From an uncultured Acidimicrobiales bacterium (GTDB lineage: Bacteria; Actinomycetota; Acidimicrobiia; Acidimicrobiales; SZUA-35), in contig CALIFY010000017.1 of assembly GCA_938021675.1 (NCBI GenBank), positions 36,947-100,946 on the forward strand: a stretch of DNA of 64,000 nucleotides. The letters run 5' to 3'. Made by a program: the position numbers and the translations under genes. This document shows, in pieces, positions 8,395-14,739 of this stretch (position 1 is the stretch's first letter; the number at the start of each line of letters is the position of its first letter). Below the pieces are notes generated by a model. The model had not been told where the DNA came from. It saw only the letters and a list, made by a program, of their open reading frames with translations, and searched no databases.

Positions 8395-8605
8395 CTTTGT
8401 TCCTTTGACTACATACCAATGTTCAGGTAAGTATCACACCGACACATTATGGTTAGACTAACGATAGAAAAGGAAAAATTACGAAGAGAACTTCTTGTGC
8501 GGATTCCGATTTGTGGCACTTCAGGCTCAGGTTCTGGATCAGACTCCCCTGCCGCGAACTCTCCGAATCGAAGTACAGGCCCCGAAGATCAGACCCGCTT
8601 CCCGA

Positions 8606-9586
8606 TCAGGCCGGAGCGACCGCTCGGATGGCTTGAAGCGGATCGAGTCCAGCGAAACCCATGACCGAGAGAACCGGGGTGGTAACACCAGCGGCCACGT
8701 ACCGCTGAATATGCTCTCTGCAAGCCTCCGGCGAACCATGGACGATCAACTCGTCGATCACATCGTCGTCGATCGCCGCAAGCGCCCCCTTCCGGTCGCC
8801 GGCCGCCCACGCATCCCACATTGGTTGCAACCGATCACCACGCCCAAGCCAACGATGAAAGGCGGCATACACACCAACGTTGAGGTACGCGGCAATAGCA
8901 AATCTGGCCTCCTGGCGAACGGCGTCGGAATCATCACTCGGGCACACAAAGATCCGGGCCACGATCTCCGGACTCGAATCCGACCGAGCATCGACCGCTG
9001 CCGCCGTGACGATAGGGGCGACGGTCCGAACGTCGTCTGCCGACAACCAATTGAGGATGGCGCCATCGCCTTCACGACCAGCCAATCTGAGCATCCCCTC
9101 TCGAAGGGCAGCGACCAGTACCGGAGGGCGTTGGTCGGGCACGATTCCCAATCGGAACCCGGAGACTTCGAAAGTGTCGTACGTTTTGGTGACCTTTTCT
9201 CCCGTCATCGCGGCGTTCAAGAAGCGAAGGACGTCACGGGTGCGACGGTACGGCTCGATAAACCCGATGTCGTTCCACCGTTCGACGATGACATCTGACG
9301 ATGACCCGATTCCCAAGGCGAATCGCCCGGGCGCGGCGTCGGCGAGCGCTGCGGCACTTTGGGCCAGGAGAGCCGGGCCCCGTGTAAAGGCCGGGATGAT
9401 GGCGGTCCCAAGCCGCAGCTCGGGGGCCCACGCCGCGGCGAGCGCCAATGGCGTGAAGCCATCTGCACCAGCAGCCTCGGACGACCACACGTCGGTGTAC
9501 CCGAGGCCGACCAGCTCTCGGTAGAGGTCGCGATGCTGCGAGAGGCGATGCCCTTCGACCGGTACCGTCACGCCGTATCTCATCAT
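8606..9586 (-). CDS. LLM-class (luciferase-like) F420-dependent oxidoreductase
   Basis: I set the start at MMRYGVTVPVEG, with GGAG 7 nt upstream. The sequence shows a typical LLM layout (LGYTDVWSSEA, RLGTAIIPAFTRGP, GRFALGIGSS). Confidence 0.85.
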   Translation of the reverse strand: MMRYGVTVPVEGHRLSQHRDLYRELVGLGYTDVWSSEAAGADGFTPLALAAAWAPELRLGTAIIPAFTRGPALLAQSAAALADAAPGRFALGIGSSSDVIVERWNDIGFIEPYRRTRDVLRFLNAAMTGEKVTKTYDTFEVSGFRLGIVPDQRPPVLVAALREGMLRLAGREGDGAILNWLSADDVRTVAPIVTAAAVDARSDSSPEIVARIFVCPSDDSDAVRQEARFAIAAYLNVGVYAAFHRWLGRGDRLQPMWDAWAAGDRKGALAAIDDDVIDELIVHGSPEACREHIQRYVAAGVTTPVLSVMGFAGLDPLQAIRAVAPA

Positions 9587-9757
9587 CGTTTGTCTCCGTT
9601 CGGCAGGCCATCGGTGCATGGCGCGACCTGGAACATAGTTGCCCGGAGGCCAGGCTCGTCAAACGATGGATCACGGCAGACCGACGCCATACCACCCGAA
9701 ACCCCCCTATTTGGTGGGTTTGGACAGGATGTCACACCTGGTCGGGATACTGGAGTC

Positions 9758-9946
9758 ATGGCCAACGCCCAACTCACACTCATCGAAACCGCCCCCAAAT
9801 GGAAACTCGATCCCCACACGGTCGAGGTCGGTCGGGCCGGCATCGCAAAGGCCAGAGCAGCCCTTACCGCTGCCGGGCCAACCTGCGGCACCGGCCCGGT
9901 CGAGTCCGAGTTCGTATTCGACCTGTTCACCCAACAGGCGGCCTAA
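9758..9946 (+). CDS. Candidate small protein (62 aa), unknown function
   Basis: An ATG preceded by GGAG. The sequence is MANAQLTLIETAPKWKLDPHTVEVGRAGIAKARAALTAAGPTCGTGPVESEFVFDLFTQQAA. Third-position GC is high. It is the in-frame tail of track ORF 9359..9946. Confidence 0.4.
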   Translation: MANAQLTLIETAPKWKLDPHTVEVGRAGIAKARAALTAAGPTCGTGPVESEFVFDLFTQQAA

Positions 9947-9976
9947 GGCCCTCATGACCCATTTCGTCCCTCGATC

Positions 9977-12385
9977 TCAACCACAACCTTCTGGGCGGGT
10001 CATTGACGTGCCACGATGCTCGTCGGTTTCCGGGTCAGCGTCATCGCTGGTGGTCTGTTGCGCTGAGAGACTCTTTGAGTACAGCTCGGGAAGCAGGTAG
10101 CCAAGCCGAAGCAGCCCCACGCCGATTCCAAGAAATAGACCGACCCGCCAAAGCACATCGACTTCGGCCAGATCGATGGTGAGAAGTTTTCCAACGACTA
10201 CGACGAGGGTCCCAAGACCGAGTGATCGAGTGAGCCAGTTCTCCGTCCGGACCCCGAACACGATTGCCCCACACGACATGATCGCCCACACCACCGAGAT
10301 TGCCGCTTGCCCTTGGGGGAGAAATACGAACACCGAAGCGAACCACCCCAACGTGCCAAGCCAGAAGACTACAAAGAGGCTTCGACCAATCTGCGTAGCG
10401 CGCGCGGGTACCAGGCTGCGCGGTTGGCCACACCAGAGCGCCACAGAGACCGCGCCGTACGCCGCCACCACCGAGAGCGTGGCGAGATGGTCGATCGGGG
10501 TGACGTTGTCGACGAGGGCGACGAGGGCGACGAGGGCGACGAACATTTTGACCGCTCCAGCAATACCGGCGGCTACCAGTCCGGCTACGCCGACGGCGCT
10601 CACCGACGGACCGAGCAGCCGGCCCATCGCCAACGAAGTGAGCGAAAGAACCGTCAACAGCGCCAACGCTCCCGAATCAGCCACGAATGGCGCAACCAAG
10701 GACGTTATGAAGCCAAGGCCGGCGACCCAGGCCATCCCCGTCACGAGGTCCGAGAGCCCGACGGTAAGCGGCTGCGTTACCGATCGCTCCGAACCGGCTC
10801 GATTTCCCGCTCCCGACCGGTTCGGACCGAGTGAGAAGTCCCGTCCATCGGTCTCTACCAGCCAAGCAACTATCGCGAGAGCCACCACGACGACCAGGTG
10901 GGCACCGGTGGTACCAGTATCGATCGACTCGTTAGCGGCGGCCGCGAAGAGACCCTCGACCAGCAACAGGAACGCAGATCCAGCAAGGAGAATCGCCTGG
11001 ATACGAAGCACCAGGTCACCGGCAAACCACCGGGCAACGAGGAGCCCGGCAACGGCCTGGACCGCAAGCGCTACAGGGAGCAACGGCCCACCGAGCGCAA
11101 CCACCGAAGATGCGCTCAACACAACCGCTACCCCGAGCACATGAGACCAAGCAAGCGGGCCGGATACCACTCGGACCACCGCAGCCGCCACGATGGCGAC
11201 CGTGAACGCGGCGGCTACTCCTACCCCGAGGAAACCTGCGATTCGATCATCGTCGATCCCGGCATACAAACCACCCGTCCACCACAGCCAAAGAGGAATC
11301 GACGCCACAGCGCGGTGATCGATGGCCAAGACCGACGCCGCACCCCGCAGGCTGACTCCGGAAGATGCACCCCTGTCGATCAGCGGGGCAGCCCACAACA
11401 TGGCGGCCACGACAATGGCGAGGATAACCCCGAGCACTACCTCGGTCGTCGACAGCGCGTCGATCCGCAGCGGGGCGAGGACGAGTACGGCCAACGCTAC
11501 GGCCCAAGTAACCGCCAGTCGGATGACCGTCCACCCGTACCGGCGCCCGATCAATAGCGCCGTGACCGCCATGACAAGAAGCCATCCGGCAACGAGACCA
11601 AACGAAGCGTCTGACCACACCGCCATCCATGTTGCGGCAGCGAACGCTGCAGCGAATACGGTTCCGCCGACCGTGGCCATGTCTTGACGGATCGCGATGA
11701 CCAAGGAACCGGCCATCGCGGCCGACACCACTGCCAGTGCCACCGTCAACGGCACCAGCCCCAGCCAAGCGCTCGTCGCTCCGGCACAAACAATCAGCAC
11801 GGCGGCACCGCCGCTCGCGAGAGCCGTCGACCACGACCGTCTACTGGACGCCAATTTGATCGAACCGGCAAAGAGGCTGACGCCGATGAGTGCACCGCCG
11901 AGGAGTTGGAGCTCCGGTCCGACCCACCCTTCGCTCACGGCGGTGCTGACCAGGAAAAGTGCGGCCAGCACTACCAAGCCGACTCCCGCCCACCGAAGAA
12001 GGACTTCAGCGGTCAACTCGATCGGTTGTGGCCCGGTTCGGGCCGAACGACGCGGAGGGCGAGGAACCGCCGATGCTTGCGGTCCGCCGGATCTGAACGA
12101 GTCAGCGATCGGCGGGGGTGGCAGGGCCACGGCGTCGACCGAGGGCGGAGGCGGAGGCGGAGATGGCGGCGGCCCTTGGGGCCTTGCAACCACTGCGGCG
12201 CCGAGTCCCGGTGGCCTCGTCGTCACCGAGAGGGCCGGTGTCGGGGGCTGGGGCTGGGGTAGCGTCCGGACAGTTAGCAGCGCATCTAAGCGAGCATCGA
12301 TCGTGGCCAACCGAGCGATCAGGTCGGCCTCCAGCCGATCGACGCGGGCGGCCAGATCTGCGTGTTGGTCAACCGATGGATTCAT
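9977..12385 (-). CDS. DUF2339-like polytopic membrane protein (802 aa)
   Basis: The N-terminus is coiled-coil-like (LAARVDRLEADLIARLATIDARLDALL). A Pro-rich tract follows (PPPSPPPPPPS), then more than 20 hydrophobic helices. Confidence 0.75.
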   Translation of the reverse strand: MNPSVDQHADLAARVDRLEADLIARLATIDARLDALLTVRTLPQPQPPTPALSVTTRPPGLGAAVVARPQGPPPSPPPPPPSVDAVALPPPPIADSFRSGGPQASAVPRPPRRSARTGPQPIELTAEVLLRWAGVGLVVLAALFLVSTAVSEGWVGPELQLLGGALIGVSLFAGSIKLASSRRSWSTALASGGAAVLIVCAGATSAWLGLVPLTVALAVVSAAMAGSLVIAIRQDMATVGGTVFAAAFAAATWMAVWSDASFGLVAGWLLVMAVTALLIGRRYGWTVIRLAVTWAVALAVLVLAPLRIDALSTTEVVLGVILAIVVAAMLWAAPLIDRGASSGVSLRGAASVLAIDHRAVASIPLWLWWTGGLYAGIDDDRIAGFLGVGVAAAFTVAIVAAAVVRVVSGPLAWSHVLGVAVVLSASSVVALGGPLLPVALAVQAVAGLLVARWFAGDLVLRIQAILLAGSAFLLLVEGLFAAAANESIDTGTTGAHLVVVVALAIVAWLVETDGRDFSLGPNRSGAGNRAGSERSVTQPLTVGLSDLVTGMAWVAGLGFITSLVAPFVADSGALALLTVLSLTSLAMGRLLGPSVSAVGVAGLVAAGIAGAVKMFVALVALVALVDNVTPIDHLATLSVVAAYGAVSVALWCGQPRSLVPARATQIGRSLFVVFWLGTLGWFASVFVFLPQGQAAISVVWAIMSCGAIVFGVRTENWLTRSLGLGTLVVVVGKLLTIDLAEVDVLWRVGLFLGIGVGLLRLGYLLPELYSKSLSAQQTTSDDADPETDEHRGTSMTRPEGCG
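10511..10543. repeat. 9-bp tandem repeat (gacgagggc x3 plus a partial unit) inside the DUF2339 gene
   Basis: The sequence reads gacgagggcgacgagggcgacgagggcgacgaac. On the coding strand it encodes ALVALVALV. Confidence 0.9.
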
Positions 12386-12486
12386 AACTCCAACCGTGCG
12401 CTACGCCGGCCCCAAAGCACCTCGGGGAATTCCCCCAAATCGGTGTAGGCGGCAACCCAAACACCGAAGGGCGGGCCAACTTGCGT

Positions 12487-12502
12487 TCGAACATTTGTTC
12501 GC
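12487..12502. promoter_or_regulatory. LexA SOS-box-like palindrome TCGAACATTTGTTCGC
   Basis: It matches the actinobacterial consensus TCGAAC-N4-GTTCGA at 11 of 12 arm positions. It lies in the divergent intergenic region between the DUF2339 gene (start 12385) and the DUF222/HNH gene. Confidence 0.7.
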
Positions 12503-12611
12503 ATACACTGACGGCACTTGAGGTGATGACGTTCACTTACAAGCTCGGCGGCTTCGGCTTCCCAAACGTTCCAAAATCGCGATGTTCGGCGCTTAGCGAC
12601 GACATCCAGGG

Positions 12612-13946
12612 TTGAGCACCCGTCTGCCGATGTCTGATTTGCCCTGTGTCGATTCTCCGTGTGTCGATTCTCCCTGTGTCAGTTTTCCCTGTGTCAATTT
12701 TCCCTGTGTCAGTTTTCCCTGTGTCAATGTGAGCTGCTTTGACGAGGGTGAGTTGCGTTCGCTGTTGCGTTCGGTTCGCTTGGCTCAACGCCGGCTTGAC
12801 GGGCTGGTGGTCGCTATCGGCACTCGAGCAGACGCGTTAGCGGCCGAAGGGCGGTCTGCTCCCGCGTCGGAGGTGTTGCTGGGCGACGGGCCGGTTCGAG
12901 GGGCAACCGCCCGCCGGGAAGCAGCCAGAATGCAAGCGGTGTCGGCGATACCCGGTTTGGCCGACGCGATGGCCGCTGGGCGGGTCGGCGTTGATCATGT
13001 CGATTCGATCCTCCGGCAAACGAAGTCACTCACCGAAGACGAACGAAACGCTCTCGACCACAGCCACGTCCTAGCCGAGGCGTCACGGCTACCAGCCGAT
13101 ACCTTCGATTCAGCGCTCAAGGGTGCGATCGAGCAGGTGAGCCCAGATGCCCGCCTCCGCGACCATCGAGCAAAGCGCACCGCTAGTGGGTTTCGGCATT
13201 GGTTCGATCACCGCTCGGGAATGGGCCACTTTAGTGGCCAGCTGGATCCTGAACGCTATGAAGCCTTCACCACCGCCATTGAGCAACACGCCACCTCGCT
13301 AGCTTCCAGGAGTGACGAAGAAACGCCTCGATCTGCCTCCCTCGCGGCGCAAGCCCTCGTAGAGCTCGTCTGTTCGAGCGGTGAACGGAGGTGGCACCTG
13401 CCCCATCTCGTTGTCGTGACCGACCATGAGACGCTTCGTTCCGGATGGCATAACGCGTCGATCGCTCAAACCAGCAACGGTCACGACCTCCCGCCCGAAT
13501 CGATCTCCCGGTTGGCATGTGAGGCCACGATCCGACGCGTCACCGTTGGCGACGATAAACCGCTCGGAACCGGTCGGCGATACCGAACCGCAACCGAAGC
13601 GCAGTGGGACGCTATCCGAACCCTCCACTCCAGTTGCGCCTGGCCGGGTTGTGACCGACCTCTTTCCTGGTGTCAGATGCATCACATTCTCGAATGGGAA
13701 CGAGGCGGTCAAGGCGACATCGACAACCTGGTGCCCCTCTGCAATCAACATCACCACGCCGTCCACGAAGGAAATTGGACGATTGCGTTACGATCACAAC
13801 GACAGCTCGACATCTGGCGGCCCGATGGTCGCTTCCAGACCAGCTCCGATCCACCCACACGAAAACCACCCATCCGACCGATTCCACCGGATTCTCCGCT
13901 CCCACCGCCCACCGATACTCGCCATTCGGCGACTTCGGTGGTGTAG
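12612..13946 (+). CDS. DUF222 + HNH endonuclease (13E12-repeat-family type)
   Basis: The C-terminal HNH module is CAWPGCDRPLSWCQMHHILEWERGGQGDIDNLVPLCNQHHHAVHEG. The DUF222-like N-terminal body contains DEGELRSLLRSVRLAQRRLDGL and GRVGVDHVDSI. The start is ambiguous: TTG at 12612 (track), ATG at 12630, or GTG at 12729 just after the tandem repeat. Confidence 0.85.
   Translation: MSTRLPMSDLPCVDSPCVDSPCVSFPCVNFPCVSFPCVNVSCFDEGELRSLLRSVRLAQRRLDGLVVAIGTRADALAAEGRSAPASEVLLGDGPVRGATARREAARMQAVSAIPGLADAMAAGRVGVDHVDSILRQTKSLTEDERNALDHSHVLAEASRLPADTFDSALKGAIEQVSPDARLRDHRAKRTASGFRHWFDHRSGMGHFSGQLDPERYEAFTTAIEQHATSLASRSDEETPRSASLAAQALVELVCSSGERRWHLPHLVVVTDHETLRSGWHNASIAQTSNGHDLPPESISRLACEATIRRVTVGDDKPLGTGRRYRTATEAQWDAIRTLHSSCAWPGCDRPLSWCQMHHILEWERGGQGDIDNLVPLCNQHHHAVHEGNWTIALRSQRQLDIWRPDGRFQTSSDPPTRKPPIRPIPPDSPLPPPTDTRHSATSVV
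12642..12731. repeat. Six tandem copies of a 15-bp unit (consensus ccctgtgtca(a/g)ttttc / ccctgtgtcgattct)
   Basis: Read directly from the sequence, with units starting at 12642, 12657, 12672, 12687, 12702 and 12717. If translated on the plus strand it gives (PCVxx)6. It lies between the SOS box and the conserved DUF222 body. Confidence 0.95.
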
Positions 13947-14235
13947 TCGTGACCGTCGACCTCTTTCATCGCTTCGATGGGTATGGTCAGCTCGGTAGTG
14001 GCCGGCGCGTTCTCGGCCGCCTCGTCGGAGGCTCCATCGCCTCCCAAAACAGCACGGCGGTACGTGTGTCGGAGCACAGCGGCAACATGACCGTCCTGTT
14101 TTTTGGTGGGGTGCCGTGTTTGGCTGGCTACAGCAACCATCTGCGAGAAACCGTTTCAAGGCGTCGACAACCACTTGCAGCGCCGCGATCGTGTCTCCCA
14201 ATCGGAGGTATTCTCTCCCGTGGCGGCGGTTCCTT

Positions 14236-14739
14236 ATGACCGCTATCGTCGCATCGGTTCTTGTCGGGTGCAGCCCCGGTCGGTCAACCGGCGACGGCGA
14301 CCCGGGATCCGGTGAAGCAACCGTCATCGACGTGATCGACGGCGACACCATCGAGGTGAGCATCGGCGGTAAGGCAGAGCGGGTCCGACTACTCGGAATC
14401 GACGCCCCAGAATCAGTGCATCCCACCGTGCCGGTGCAATGCTTCGGGCCGGAAGCCTCTGCCGAGCTGAAGGCACTGCTCCCGGCGGGTACCGAGGTCC
14501 GCGTAGAGCGAGATGTCGAAAGTCGGGACCGTTACGAGCGACTCTTGCTGTACGTCTATCGAGCGGATGACGGCCTGTTCGTCAATCAATGGCTGGTGTC
14601 AACCGGCCTGGCCGATGTCGTCGTCTATGAACCGAACAGCGCTCTGGCCGGCGCGCTGTCAACGGCTAAACGAGCAGCGCGATCCAGACCGGTCGGCCTT
14701 TGGCAACACTGCGACGGACCGGACCAACCGCTCCAATGA
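14236..14739 (+). CDS. Thermonuclease (staphylococcal-nuclease-fold) lipoprotein
   Basis: I moved the start to MTAIVASVLVGCSPG, which has an LVGC lipobox. SNase motifs are present (VIDGDTIEV, VRLLGIDAPE, RDRYERLLLYVY, YEPN). Confidence 0.85.
   Translation: MTAIVASVLVGCSPGRSTGDGDPGSGEATVIDVIDGDTIEVSIGGKAERVRLLGIDAPESVHPTVPVQCFGPEASAELKALLPAGTEVRVERDVESRDRYERLLLYVYRADDGLFVNQWLVSTGLADVVVYEPNSALAGALSTAKRAARSRPVGLWQHCDGPDQPLQ

Noticed and set aside
12537-12788. An 83-aa minus-strand ORF encoding a (DTGKT/DTGKI)n pentapeptide repeat.
   Set aside because: It is simply the reverse-strand reading of the 15-bp tandem repeat. It has no ribosome-binding site or wider coding context.
13751-14140. A 129-aa minus-strand ORF in the gap after the HNH gene. 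Its first ~65 codons (about 13950-14140) have fairly high GC3 (RRAVLGGDGASDEAAENAPATTELTIPIEAMKEVDGHDYTTEVAEW).
   Set aside because: The frame has no stop until it is 195 nt inside the HNH gene, and its codon bias collapses there. It could be a remnant of a gene truncated by insertion of the HNH element, but I cannot support it as a functional CDS.
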